Shown here piece by piece: positions 1 through 15,155 of a stretch of DNA of 64,000 nucleotides. Position 1 is the stretch's first letter. The number at the start of each line of letters is the position of its first letter. Made by a program: the position numbers and the translations under genes. The notes under the pieces were generated by a model. That model had not been told where the DNA came from, did not search any database, and was given only the letters and a program-made list of their open reading frames with translations. The DNA comes from Eledone cirrhosa. Taxonomy: Eukaryota. The stretch is from NCBI GenBank assembly GCA_964016885.1, contig OZ024742.1:30194001-30258000 (forward strand), in the 5' to 3' direction.

Positions 1-242
1 AAGTCTCTAGCTGTGTCATTCTCGATAAAAGCACTGGATATGTAGTCCTGATGATTTCTAACGAGAATGAAACGCGTAGATTACTTCCCTTGCTTTTATC
101 GAGAATCTAATTGTAATACGTGACGTATTCTATTCTATAGCGATTAGGTCTTCAAAATGTTTATTATAAACATACAGAATATTTTCGAATATTCTATGTC
201 TATATTCACATATATATCGCTATTTCAGAGCATTTATTCCAA
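1..242 (+). mobile_element. Hammerhead-bearing repeat unit (Penelope pLTR/retrozyme-like), cut by the window start and ending at (TA)n
   Basis: Nearly identical to the 310-bp tandem units at 54735-55540; ends ATTTATTCCAA directly at a (TA)n tract. Confidence 0.8.
42..84 (+). ncRNA. Minimal type I hammerhead ribozyme
   Basis: GTAGTC-CTGATGA-TTTCT AACG AGAAT-GAAA-CGCG-TA-GATTAC: stem I GTAGTC/GATTAC, stem II TTCT/AGAA, palindromic helix III. Confidence 0.85.
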
Positions 243-256
243 TATATATATATATA

Positions 257-313
<57 letters not shown>

Positions 314-430
314 CGTAAAATAATGGTACTATGACATAACCTGTGTATTTGCTGGCATTGGCATGCATCTGCACGCGTATGTTGGTAGATATACTAAATT
401 ATCTATATATATATATATATATATATATAT

Positions 431-979
431 AGGAAAAAGTATGACCCCGACGGCAGAGCTCAAGCCGTTTCGACGGCTATTTCTGGACTAAATTAGAATT
501 TTAGCCTGGTGCATAAATAGTCGAACTTGTCAAGGGGGTAATTCCTTATATGGGAAGATTGTAGTTGTCAAGAGGATTGGTTAAAATTTGTTGTAAACAC
601 AAATAAGTCTATCATGGCATTTGGTGGGTGTAGGGGTGGCTGAACTTGCCTGTAGAACAATAGGGGAGTGAGTGGAGCGGTCAAGCGTTGAAAGAGATAT
701 GTATACAACAGATTCTAAGGATAGTATATGAAATGGAGGAGGGAGGTTATAGAATAGGTAAATCGAATGAGAGTAGGAGACAATAAAAGATAATAGAAAA
801 AAAATATATATATAGAATTAGATAGTGAGAAATGAATAAAAAAAATCACAATGCTTTCTTACAATTACAGGTTAATAAGTTGAGAATAGAAAAAACTTTT
901 TCCTATTCTCACTCTACTACCCTAAGTATTGAGTACTCTGGTGCGTTATGGTCCATCTGGTTCCTTACCACAATTCCTT

Positions 980-985
<6 letters not shown>
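431..985 (-). mobile_element. (TA)n-flanked non-coding element with a variant hammerhead at its 3' end
   Basis: Flanked by (TA)n on both sides; 431-560 is a reverse-complement homolog of 22260-22400; 54547-54665 is an internally deleted copy. Confidence 0.7.
444..539 (-). ncRNA. Type I hammerhead ribozyme, U3-A8 core variant
   Basis: Minus strand ACCCCC-TTGACAA-G..CGACTATTT...AAATAGCCG-TC-GAAA-CGGC TTGAGCTCT GCCG-TC-GGGGT. Confidence 0.7.
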
Positions 986-1050
<65 letters not shown>

Positions 1051-1053
<3 letters not shown>

Positions 1054-1476
1054 CCCCCTCTGTCATGTCAGTTAACTCTTCCTCACACTTCCACTCACCC
1101 ACTCACTGTTTCTCCTCTTCTCACTTCACCCCGTTCGCGACGAAAACATTTTCTCTCTTTCTCACATTTGAATTCGTTCCCGAAAGGTCTTTTTTCTAAG
1201 CGCTCATATATTCACCTAGCTTATGCTAACAGAATAACTATGAAGCTTGTTCCCTTCCTTCTACGGTTAGCTCTCCTCTTTGTTGTTATCTTGTCTCACT
1301 CGCTTTACGCGTTTTAATTGTCCTAATAACTTAATTTAGTTATTATTGCACCGACGTGAGGTATATGATTTTTAATGCAATGAAATATCTATGATCGTCG
1401 GCAAATCACTGATGAGGGACTTATTTTATTACACGTTATCCATGTGCAACCTGCAGTATTCTTCTCCCCATTTTTT

Positions 1477-1478
<2 letters not shown>
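1051..1478 (+). mobile_element. (TA)n-flanked repeat fragment related to 51630-52400
   Basis: Shared block GAGGTATATG..TTTAA.GC.AATGAA...ATCACTGAT(G/C)A.GGACT; (TA)n on both flanks. Confidence 0.45.
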
Positions 1479-1539
<61 letters not shown>

Positions 1540-1627
1540 ATAATAATAAATTTGAAGACTAAAATCCAAAGAGGGCTCGATAAGGATAAATATATATCAA
1601 ATATATAAGAACCGTAGAGCAAATATT

Positions 1628-1811
<184 letters not shown>

Positions 1812-1875
1812 TATATATAAAATAATTAAGTCAAATATGTAAAATTTGGCTTCGTTTATTATAAGTTATAGATAT

Positions 1876-1930
1876 ACTGCAATATATATTTCGGTGACAG
1901 CCATCATTGGCTTTGACCTCTTCAGGCAGT
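1876..1930 (-). ncRNA. Minimal type I hammerhead ribozyme in a (TA)n-flanked fragment (about 1810-2095)
   Basis: Minus strand ACTGC-CTGAAGA-GGT..AGCCA ATGA TGGCT..ACC-GAAA-TATATA-TT-GCAGT; stem I is perfect. Confidence 0.8.
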
Positions 1931-2239
1931 CCGAATTGGTGTGGTAGAGACAGGTACACATTTTGTTAAAGTGTGTTTTACTCCGTCAATACATCGATAT
2001 GTCCAGCTCCTGGTTGTGTTGTTATTCCTTTGAGGAACTGGAATCAATCTGCATACTGAGGTGTCTGTAAACAACCAACATATACTCAAAATACATATAT
2101 ATATAGAGAGATAAATCTACCAAAATATACGGTAGTGTCCAATCCGTATGAAGAACTCAATGTAATACAAATATCATGAAAAGAGAAGATGCATTCATGA
2201 ATTTTCGATGAAAATCATAGGAAAACAGAGTCAAGATAA

Positions 2240-2292
2240 ATAATAAATGTTCGGTGAATCCATACGTACATATATATATATGTGTGTGCATG

Positions 2293-2382
<90 letters not shown>

Positions 2383-2487
2383 TACTACTGTACGTCTGTA
2401 TACATACATGTATGTACGTATACATACTTATATTTAAGTAACAGCCGTACTAAGAGTGAGAAATGAAATTTCGTTTCATTTTTTTCC

Positions 2488-2488
<1 letters not shown>
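2240..2488 (+). mobile_element. 5'-truncated copy of the hammerhead element at 55845-56270
   Basis: Reverse complement of 55845-56016, including an internal microsatellite of different length. Confidence 0.75.
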
Positions 2489-2545
<57 letters not shown>

Positions 2546-2964
2546 GTATATAAACACACGAATATTCACATAGATATAAGCAGTATTTAATGACATATTT
2601 GAAACTACAGCTCACTACTATACAGTTTTCTTCTTGTTGATTCTTTCTATTCATTTCATTCTTACGCAGAAGATAAAACTGAAATAACAAGCAGATGTAT
2701 GATGTACAACCTTAAACGTTTTCTTAACTGTTTTACTGTAATAAAATAGCAGCTACGTGAAAGATGTGATGGTGAAAAAAGCCTGGACGATAAAATAGCA
2801 GTTAAAGCAATATTTAACCGTTTGAAAACAACGACTTATTCAAACGTTTTTAATTGGAGAATCAATATTTATCTGATTTGGTAATGAGGATTGATGGTTT
2901 TTGTATTGTAGAGAAGAACAAAAAACGTGTCGTGCCATTTACCATTTACCAATCGTTTAACGTA

Positions 2965-3387
<423 letters not shown>

Positions 3388-3714
3388 GCCTCATATGTCT
3401 CAAGACGTGGGATGTATTGATAGATGCAACTGACCGTGGTCATTGAAGCACTTTGGCTGCCTGATGTGTCTCAAGACTAAGTGTAATTAGTGTTGGATAT
3501 TTTCTCATAGAGTTGTCTACATTATTATACATACTATTAGAAATAGAACCATTTTCACGTACTGTGTCACGTTGAATGCCCATAAGAGTTTCATTATGGT
3601 CACACGTGTTTGTTGAATGCTCAGCCACTTCATGTTAAGTATATAAGCAAGCTGTTCTGTTGCTCGAGCGATCAGAACACTCGTTGTCAGAATAGACGGA
3701 CGTTTAATACAAAC

Positions 3715-4521
<807 letters not shown>

Positions 4522-4679
4522 CTACGGTGTTTAAAGGAATTTACATTTACATTACTTGAATAAAATCAATGAAACTCCGGTGATTAACAAATATTTTTTC
4601 TGAGAGGTTGTTTGAAAATTTTGTTACGGACTGTTTGCTTTTTATTTGAACCTAACATTTCAATTCTAGAGAATTCTTG

Positions 4680-4860
4680 TCTTCCGTCGGTTATGACGAT
4701 GACTGTTCCAGTCTGTTCGTGAAATTAACGTGCCAGTAGTTAAATATTTCACAGACACGTGTAGTTCTCAGTGTATGAGCCGGCTGGCCCTTTGAATTAC
4801 AGATAAAACTCATTTTTGCCAACTAAGTGGACTGAAGCAACGTCAAATAAAGTTAAATGA
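4680..4860 (-). mobile_element. SINE 3' part
   Basis: CTTCCGTCGGTTATGACGAT... motif shared with 11810-12030 and 40005-40166. Confidence 0.55.
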
Positions 4861-5499
4861 ATAAACATTGCCTTGCCGTCCTCCGGGGAAACACCTTCTC
4901 CATTCTATCCGCCGGGGCTGTGGGGAGACAAGCTGATTATATTACGAATTCTGTTGAATAGTCTTATATATTGTGTAGTCACCTACTTTTATGTAGTTGT
5001 CATAGTTGTTGTCAGAGTGAACCTTTCTATTGAATCAGTGGTTGTACATTCTACTAAATCTAAAGCTTAGTGTAACCACCAAAAACAGACTCCAACAAAA
5101 TCACCCATGAGGATCCCTGTGAATGCTCTCCCTCTCCCTTTCGCTCTCCAATTCATCAAAACGAAGCGAGAGTATATTTGAATTCATAGAAAAATAAAAA
5201 AAAATCTTCGCTAGAACATTTGGTTTGAGAGCTGATGCGGGTGAAGATGTGTGTATGCAATCTTGTCTTGTACTTGTCTTTCTTTATTTCCTTCTTCCAG
5301 TCACTTCTGTGCACCAAAACACTTCTCCTTGTCCTCATCCTCTCTCAATCTTTTCTATATTTCATCTACCTGTCACCCACCTCGTTGATTGTCTCCCTGC
5401 CGACCACTGGCCGCTGGTCTCTGTCCTCTGAAGCATTTTTACCCATCGCTGTTATTGACAGCAGTTGGTTGTTTTAACAGCTGGTCTGGCGATGAGTTT

Positions 5500-5710
5500 T
5501 CTCATTTTTCTATGAAGGGGAAAACAAAGTGCCTTGCTCAAGATTAAACCCCCACTTATTCCTGGTACTTATTTTCAGCTGAGTATATTGGAGCAACGCG
5601 AAATGAAGTGTTTTGTTCAAGAACACAACACACAACCTAATCCAGGAATTGAACCCATGACATTATGATTGTAAGTCTAACACCCTTACCACTAGGCCAC
5701 GCGTCTCCAT
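5500..5710 (-). mobile_element. tRNA-derived SINE
   Basis: Minus strand GCGTGGCCTAGTGGTAAGG...GGGTTCAATTCC (A and B boxes). Confidence 0.7.
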
Positions 5711-5739
5711 AAGGGTGACATCTTAGGTAAATGTCATTT

Positions 5740-5970
5740 ACCAAAGCGCAACCCGCATGAAATTGGGTAGACGGAAACTTTTTGGAAGCCCATCGGATGG
5801 ACTTGCATCTGTAATTCAATCACCCAAAATTGTCACACTCTGTGTTATGTTGAATCTTCCTGAGAATTGTGTGAAGTGTACACATGCCTGTGGAATACTC
5901 AGCCCAGCCACTTACGTGGCAGTTCCGTTGATTAACAATTGAAACACCAGTCATCGTTGAAACCGACGCA
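5740..5970 (+). mobile_element. SINE 3' body
   Basis: Homologous to 20440-20670 (CTGAGAATT...GTACAC...CATCGT.GAAACCGACG). Confidence 0.55.
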
Positions 5971-6039
5971 AGCCCGACAACAGCAACCACCCCAACTATC
6001 ACTGTATTATTATCACCAATTAGAAACGTCACAGTCAGT

Positions 6040-6410
6040 CTTCTTCTTTTTTCCTTTTTCTTATTTTCCTTCTCCTTCTTCTTTTTCTTCTTCTCCTTCT
6101 CCTTCTTCATCTTCTTCTCCTTCTCCTTCTCCTTCTCCTTCTCCTTCTTCACCGCTTTATTACTGAGAGGGTTATGGGAGGGAGCAGAGTCCTCAAACAT
6201 TCCTTCTATCAGGTCCTGTTAGAAGCAACCGTCTTCAATTGATCTGGCTGGATCTCCTAAGCAGGACCAGCCGAGCTCATGGATTTTAACCAACCATCTT
6301 ACTTGGTGGTCAGAGTCTAACCCCCCTCCTCCCCTGGGGCTCCTACCAGCTGGTTTTTGCCAGTAAAATCTGTCTAGTGATTCTTTCTTAAGACATTCAA
6401 AACACATTTG
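6040..6410 (-). mobile_element. Degenerate RTE-type LINE 3' end with a GAA-rich tail
   Basis: Homologous to 17757-17990; encodes an ...AGRSPRG...W-like remnant. Confidence 0.55.
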
Positions 6411-6699
6411 TCATTTGATAATAATAATAAAAATAATATTTCAACTGTTACAACTCATTACGTATCAAATATGAATCATTTTTATTTACTGCAAATAAAA
6501 AATATAATTCCTCTTACAATCACCTTCAATTTTTTTATTAATATTCTTACCGTCGTTATTGTTGTTGTTGTTGTAATCGTTGATGTTGTTATTATTGTTA
6601 TTTTTAATTTCATCATCATCATTATCATCATTATTGTTATTATTATTATAGTGGGTTTTTTTTATTTCCATCATCATCATCCTCATAAAGAAATCATTA

Positions 6700-6750
<51 letters not shown>

Positions 6751-6821
6751 TGATAGTGATTTTTTTTTATTTTCAATTAAAAAATTGCTCATATTTTTAG
6801 CTGATATAATTTATGTTTTTT

Positions 6822-6861
<40 letters not shown>

Positions 6862-6964
6862 GTGTGTGTGTGTGTGAGTGTATGTATAAGTGCGTATGCA
6901 TCTACGTGTGAATATATATATATACAGATAGGTGTATATGTATGTAAGTGTATGTTTGTGTGCA

Positions 6965-6999
<35 letters not shown>

Positions 7000-7028
7000 G
7001 TGCTTGTGTGCATGTGTCTATATTTATA

Positions 7029-7066
<38 letters not shown>

Positions 7067-7076
7067 AGTATATATA

Positions 7077-7107
<31 letters not shown>

Positions 7108-7122
7108 GTATATATATGTATA

Positions 7123-7222
<100 letters not shown>

Positions 7223-7250
7223 TGTGAATGTGTGTGTATATATGTATATA

Positions 7251-7340
<90 letters not shown>

Positions 7341-7619
7341 TATATGCGTGTGAATGTGTGTGTATATATGTATATATGTAATGTGTTTTTTGGTAAATTT
7401 ATTAGCAAAGCTATATTCATTGCAATAATTAATGGTAACTGAAATGAATACATCATAGCAAATAAGTTGGGAATAACTGTTTATTTCTTCAACAAGAAGA
7501 TTATTACACACGTGAGTAATGACAAAATATACAACACACTAAAGAAAACTAACGATATTTCCAGAAAGAACATTTTATATGAATAATTTTTTCAGTGATT
7601 TTAGTTTTTTGTTACATTT

Positions 7620-8630
7620 GTTGTTGGGGTTGTTGTGGTTGTTGTTGTGATGGCTGTTGTGGTTGTTGTGATTGTGGTTGTTATGGTTGCGGTGGCTGTT
7701 GTTTTGGTGGTTGTTGTGGTTGTTGTGGTTGTTGTGGTTGTTGTAGTGGTTGTTGTTGTTTTGGTGGTGGTGGTGGTTGTTGTGGTTGTTGTAGTGGTGG
7801 TGGTTGTGGTTGTTGTGGTTGTTGTTGTAGTGGTTGTTGTTGTGGTGGTGGTGGTTGTGGTTGTTGTAGTTGTTGTAGTGGTTGTTGTTGTTTTGGTGGT
7901 GGTGGTTGTTGTGGATGTTGTAGTGGTGGTGGTGGTGGTTGTGGTTGTTGTGGTTGTGGTGATTGTTGTGGTTGTTGTGGTTGTTGTGGTTGTTGATGTA
8001 GTGACTGTTGTGGTTGTTGGTGGGGGTTGTAGTGGTTGTTGTTGTTTTGGTGGTGGTGGTTGTTGTGGTGGTTGTTGTTGTGGTGGTTGTTGTGGTTGTG
8101 GTTGTTGTGGCTGTGGTGGCTGCTGTGGTTGTTGTGGTTGTTGTGGTGGTTGTGGTTGTTTTTGTTGTAGCTGTTGTGGTGGTTCTTGGTGGTGTGGTTG
8201 TTGTGGTTGTGGTTGTTGGGGATGAGGTTGCTGTGGTTGTGGTTGTGGTTGTTGTGGTTGTGATTGTTGTGGTTGTGGTTATTGTTGTATAGTGGTTGTT
8301 GTTGTGGCTGTTGTGGTTGATGTTGTGGTGGTTGGTGGATGTTGTGGTTGTTGAGGTGGTGGTGGTGTGGTAGTTGTTGTTGTGTTTGCTGTTGTTATTG
8401 TTGTTGTAATGGTTATTGTGGTTATGGTTGCTGTTGTTATTTTTGTTGTTGTGGTTGTTGCTGTGGTATTGTGGTTGTTGATGTTGTTGTTGTTGGTGTT
8501 GTGGTAGTTGTGGTGGTTGTTGTCGTTGTTGTGGTTGCTGTTGTTATTGTTGCTGTTGTTGTGGTGGTGGTTGTTGGGGTTGCAGTTGTTGTTGTTGTGA
8601 TGGTGGTAGCCGTGGTTTTTGTTGTTGTTT
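7620..8630. repeat. (GTT/GGT)n low-complexity tract
   Basis: Seen directly. Confidence 0.95.
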
Positions 8631-8759
8631 AGAAAATTGTAATTACTTGTGTCGAAAATTGAAATTTATATGGTTTAGAAAATTACAATTTTCAAGTAGA
8701 AGTCTTTAATTATATGTTTTGAGAATTGAAATTTTAAACTGAATTACAAGACTTCAATC

Positions 8760-9447
<688 letters not shown>

Positions 9448-9744
9448 AATGTGTTTTGTATACGTTTCCATCTAAAGAGATTCTGAACTAGACATTTCCG
9501 TGTTCATTCGTTAGCGGGTCTCGTTTCCGACAGTAAACAAATAAATTAAGAATCAAGATGGCTTCCAGCATAACACACAATCTCGTTTTAGATGAGATCA
9601 CACTGATCTTTCGGGTCTTTTTCTTCTTTATGAACCCTTTAAGTTCTGCAATGTCAACTTGTATAGACTTACATGTAAACATGTCTTCTGTATGCATAAA
9701 CAAAATCTAATGGTGTTATAACTGTTGGGGAATTCTTTCACTTC

Positions 9745-10470
9745 TACAGGCTACAGATTCAGCCCTAAGGTAACTCTGGCTATTACAGGCTACTGGCTCG
9801 ATCGTTCTGTAACTCTGGCTACTATAGGCTACAGGCTACAGACTCGACTGTTCGGTAACTCTGGCTGCTACAGGCTATAGGCTACAGGCTCGACCGTTCG
9901 GTAACTCTGGCTACTACAGGCTACAGGCTCGATCGTTCTGTAACTCTGGCTGCTACAGGCTATAGGCTACAAGCTCGACCGTTCGGTAACTCTGGCTACT
10001 ACAGGCTACAGGCTCGACCGTTCGGTAACTCTGACTACTACAGGTTACTGACTCGACCCTTCGGTAACTATGGTTACTACAGGTTTCAGACTCGACCCTT
10101 CGGAAACTCTGGCTTCTACAGGCTACAGGCTCGACCCTTCCGTAACTCTGGCTACTACAGGCTACAGGCTCGACCGTTCGGTAACACTGGCTACTACAGG
10201 CTACAGGCTCGACCGTTCGGTAACTCTGGTTACTACAGGCTACAGACTCGACCGTTCGGTAACTCTGGTTACTACAGGCTACAGACTCGACCGTTCGGTA
10301 ACTATGGTTACTACAGGCTATAGACTCGACCGTTCAGTAACTCTGGCTTCTACAGGCTACAGGTTCGACCGTTCGGTAACTCTGGCTACTACAGGCTACA
10401 GGCTCGACCGTTCGGTAACTCTGGCTACTACAAGCTACAGACTCGACCGTTCGGTAAATCTGGCTACTAT
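9745..10470. repeat. 39-bp minisatellite (GTAACTCTGGCTACTACAGGCTACAGGCTCGACCGTTCG), about 18 copies
   Basis: Direct tandem repeats; some early units carry an extra 7-bp GGCTACA-type subunit. Confidence 0.95.
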
Positions 10471-10784
10471 TGTATGTTCGAGCCCTCAAGAAGAAAACCT
10501 CTACGTGGTCACTCAATGTGCTAGTATTTCTCTCTCAAATTATCCCTCACCGTCTTAAATAAAAATATAACCCATACAAATAGCAAGATGGAATTTCATG
10601 AGCAAGCTGTTTCTCACGACTTGAACACTCATCGTTGGAACCGACGAAGGTCCAACTCCCACGCTGTTGTTGTTGTTGTCATCGTTTAGTCCAAAGTCTG
10701 CTCTAATCGATCACACCTATGATCAAAAGTATTTCAGATATGACAATTTTCTCTTTTTATATTTCTATTATTACATTGTCCAGT

Positions 10785-11010
10785 GGCGGTGGATTAGCAG
10801 TAAGCTGTAGAGCGTCGAACAACATGCTTTGTAGCATATAGTTACGTCCCTGTATGTTCTGAGTTCAAATCCCATTGAGGTTAGCTTTGTCTTTCATCTT
10901 TATAAGGGTCGATAAAATGAAATACCAGTAATGCACTGGGCTCTATTTAATCGACTTTCCCCATTTCCCTTTAAATTGCTATCCTTGTGCCTAGATTAGA
11001 AACAATTATT
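10785..11010 (+). mobile_element. Short tRNA-derived SINE (GGCGGTGGATTGGCAG family)
   Basis: GAGTTCAAATCCC B box and ...GGCCTTGTGCC...GAAACAATTATT tail; many copies in the window. Confidence 0.75.
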
Positions 11011-11481
11011 ACATTGCCAGTATTATTTTATTTTCCAAACCAATAAGCTGAAATTTGAGGATAATTTGGTTGATATTTCTAGCAGTTCAAGCCACTACCT
11101 AGAAACTCTCTTGTTGCTATGTAGCTGTAGTTTTTAAACGAAGCCTGACAGAGTAGATATGTGTATTCAAGTTTGGTGATTGTTAATATATTAGTGTGTT
11201 TGTGTAACTATGTATTGAGCAATTCAATGTTTTTAATGCTACGTACTGTGCTTCAAATGCTGTCGAGACAGAATTTTATTAGTCTGAACATATATTTCAT
11301 CAATAAATAATGTAACAAAAGGATGTAACTGCTCAGAATAATGTATTATTGAATACATTTAAGGAAAAGAAAATAAAACATTTAGGGCCAAGAAAATTAA
11401 GTTGACTAGTAAGAATTTTTATTACAAATATATGTACTTCGGTGCGTGTATTGTGCACATACATATTTATAAACGTGTGTT

Positions 11482-11525
<44 letters not shown>

Positions 11526-11561
11526 ATTTATTTATTTATATATACATATATATGTATATAC

Positions 11562-11656
<95 letters not shown>

Positions 11657-11677
11657 TATATACATATACATACATAC

Positions 11678-11713
<36 letters not shown>

Positions 11714-11809
11714 ATATGTATATATATACATATATATATATACATATACATATACATATATATATATGTATTTATATATGTATTTGTGTGCGTGTGTGTG
11801 TGTAGGAAA

Positions 11810-12030
11810 TCCGTCGATTCAGACGATAAGTGTTCCAATTGTTCGAACAATAGTACAGCCTGTGGATATCACAGATACGTGTACCCTTAATATAGTGTTC
11901 AGGGCCATTCAACGTGACATAGTATGTGACAAGGCGGGCACTTTGAATTACAGGTGTAATTCAATCTGACCAGCTGACTGGACTGGAGCAACGTGAAATA
12001 AAGTGTCTTGCTCAAGGACACAACGTGCCG
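11810..12030 (-). mobile_element. SINE fragment
   Basis: GTGTCCTTGAGCAAGACACTTTATTTCACGTTGCTCCAGTC on the minus strand, shared with the 2965 and 5500 copies. Confidence 0.6.
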
Positions 12031-12144
12031 CCTAGTAGATAGGATTATATATATACATACATACACACACACTACATGCATATATTCAGTTACACACGCA
12101 CGTAGGCACACATATAAAGATAGATAGAGAGAGAGAGAGAGAGG

Positions 12145-12216
<72 letters not shown>

Positions 12217-12281
12217 AGTAGCTAGCTAGATAGACAGGCAGCTAGATTGTTAGATAGGTATATATGGAGGTATTAAAGTAA

Positions 12282-12581
12282 TTAGGTATAAACAATTAAA
12301 TTGAAGGCACTAGATAATATAATGTAGATAACAATAGCAAACACCGTAAAGATACGATTAATTATAAAAGCAATTTTCTCATATTCTTTACACAAGTTTC
12401 TCGTATCTTCTTTGTCCTTGATGTGATGTTTCAACTGATTGATGAGTTTGTGGTCAGAGGTCAGAAATCTTCTTCCTTTCGCGTGGTTTGTCTCCCAGAA
12501 ATCCTTGCTGCATCTAAGAGATAACTCCTTACAAGTATTCTCGGTAGAGGGAGCCATTTCCGCTGTGTATGCACTATTGTC
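12282..12581 (-). CDS. Terminal exon of a divergent Cys-loop ligand-gated ion channel (nicotinic acetylcholine receptor-like) subunit: end of the M3-M4 loop, MA helix and M4
   Basis: ...LKHHIKDKEDTRNLCKEYEKIAFIINRIFTVFAIVIYIILSSAFNLIVYT* matches the nAChR pattern (H.K.EDE....EDWKYVAMVIDRIF plus hydrophobic M4); CAG acceptor immediately before 12581, phase 0. Confidence 0.65.
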   Translation of the reverse strand, partial: DNSAYTAEMAPSTENTCKELSLRCSKDFWETNHAKGRRFLTSDHKLINQLKHHIKDKEDTRNLCKEYEKIAFIINRIFTVFAIVIYIILSSAFNLIVYT

Positions 12582-12930
12582 CTGTTTTTGTTGTTTTTGT
12601 TGTTGTTTGTTCATATGTAAAAAGATAAATAAGATGATAAATTAGTTTATCCCAGAGAATGATTTTGTGCTGTTCTTGTTTTGTTTATTTTAACCCTTTC
12701 ATTATCGTATTTCTAATGAAATACATTACATATATATTTCAAAAAACAATTTTGGAAAATAAAGAAAAATTTAGAAAAATTTAATAAAATAAAATTTTCC
12801 TGACATCAAATTTTGCTGATGGGGTTGTTGAAATAAAGTACCAGTTATGCACTTGGGTCGGTTTAATCGATGTTACCCTGCCCCAAAATTGTTGGCCTTG
12901 TGCCTAAATCAGAAAATCAGAAGCCCTTAC

Positions 12931-13029
<99 letters not shown>

Positions 13030-13211
13030 TATGTTTGTTATTTTATATATATATATATATGCAGTGGCAGACTGGGTCTAAAATTATTGGTTGCCAGGAG
13101 ATGAAGGGAGCCCACCTACATATAGAATGCTATCATTTAATTTTTATAATGAATAAATAGCATTGTGGAAACAAAACAGTGCAATCAAATTTTTGCGGAA
13201 AAATATCTTAC

Positions 13212-13268
13212 TTTCTCCAATGAAAAATGCGAAATCCAGAGACTTTCAACAATGACCAGAAGTCGATC
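13212..13268 (-). CDS. Candidate 57-nt internal exon of the same gene (DRLLVIVESLWISHFSLEK)
   Basis: TTTAG acceptor, AAA|GTAAG donor, open in phase 0 and compatible with the terminal exon. Confidence 0.3.
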
Positions 13269-13494
13269 CTAAATATTACTAAAGCTCCAGGAAAGCCACG
13301 AACGACACCACATCTTTTTTAACTTTGATTTTGAAAGTAGGTTTAACTTGGAACATAACTTAACAAATCTTCATACATAAAGTTATGATTGAATGTTTTA
13401 AAATAAATATAAGTACTTTAACCGTTTTTATTAACGTATTTCTAATGAAATTCACTGCCTAGATGTTTTAAATAATTTGGAAAATAATGGCTTC

Positions 13495-13675
13495 TTATAT
13501 AGGCACAAGGCCAGCAATTATTCCAGTGTATTACTGGTACGTTATTTTATCGACCCCGTAAGGATGAAAGGCTAAGTTAATCTCGGCAGGATTTGAACTC
13601 AGATCATAAAGGGCCGTAACTCTATGTTGCAAAGCATGGAGTCCGACCTTCTACCGATACTGCCAATCCACCGTA
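13495..13675 (-). mobile_element. Short SINE (GGCGGTGGATTGGCAG family)
   Basis: Reverse complement of the 45882-46065 type. Confidence 0.75.
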
Positions 13676-14379
13676 ATTTGGAAAATAATAATTTTAAAAA
13701 AACTTGGGAAAATTTAATAAAATAACTAACAGTTTCATTAGTAAGCTGGCGCTTGGCACATAACTTAACAAAGGTTTATTTATAAAATTATGAAGGCCTT
13801 TTGTTACCGTATTTCTAATTTAATATGCTGCCTATATGTTTCAAATAATTTTGAAAATAATAAAGATAATTTAAAGTAATTATTAAGATGCTATTTCAAA
13901 CATCATTTAACAAAAATGTCCCTATTTATATTAAAATATTCCATCATAACCTTTTAAAATTATGATGTAAGCATTTAATATAAATGCACTTTCAAATGAG
14001 CAGATTTATATCATTAGACCTGAGCCGATTTCAGGAAAAATCCTTGACATCGGGTGGGATAACATCATCATCAACAAATTAATTTATGAATATAGATATT
14101 GAAGAAATTTGCTGCGTTCAAACATGGAGAGGAGATAAGCTCCACCAAGCTTTAAATGCCCCCAAAAATCGCCGTAGGCCACTACGGCTCACAGGAAGTT
14201 CTTTCAGAAATGGACCTTCGTATGTTATACGATGAATGTCAAGTAAATATGTAAATATATAAATATATATTCAAGTAAATATGTAAATATGTAAATATAT
14301 AAATATCTGAACCTGTGATAAACAGGCGAAACTCCAGAGTAACGAGACTCACTCTTTAGCCTTAATAAAATGAATATTA

Positions 14380-14498
<119 letters not shown>

Positions 14499-14552
14499 AT
14501 GTATACATTAGTTATATACAATATAAATATATATATATATATATATATGTAC

Positions 14553-14660
<108 letters not shown>

Positions 14661-14682
14661 TATACATATATATACATATATA

Positions 14683-14714
<32 letters not shown>

Positions 14715-14730
14715 ACTATATAGGTATATT

Positions 14731-14769
<39 letters not shown>

Positions 14770-14876
14770 ATATATATAATATATATATACATATGTATAT
14801 ATATGTACATATATATATACATATATATATATATACATATATATACATATATATGTACATATATATATACATATAT

Positions 14877-14928
14877 ATGATGGCTGCCCCCTCGTTATCG
14901 AGTATGGCCATTGCACGAGGAGAAAGAA

Positions 14929-14982
<54 letters not shown>

Positions 14983-15015
14983 AAAAGAAAATAAAAATTA
15001 AAAAATTAAAAAAAG

Positions 15016-15058
<43 letters not shown>

Positions 15059-15102
15059 CATACACATATACACACACTCACACACACACATACATTAATA
15101 AC

Positions 15103-15155
<53 letters not shown>

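Noticed and set aside
1405-1445. CTGATGA motifs here and at 20849, 48465 and 55676 (minus) as hammerheads
   Set aside because: No matching GAAA with stems I and III; the 48465 motif is part of the mariner subterminal repeat
7595-8632. Cys/Gly-rich metallothionein- or keratin-associated-like ORFs
   Set aside because: Degenerate (GTT/GGT)n repeat with no flanking domain or splice evidence
9488-9703. 71-aa minus-strand ORF in unique sequence
   Set aside because: No recognisable motif or convincing splice sites
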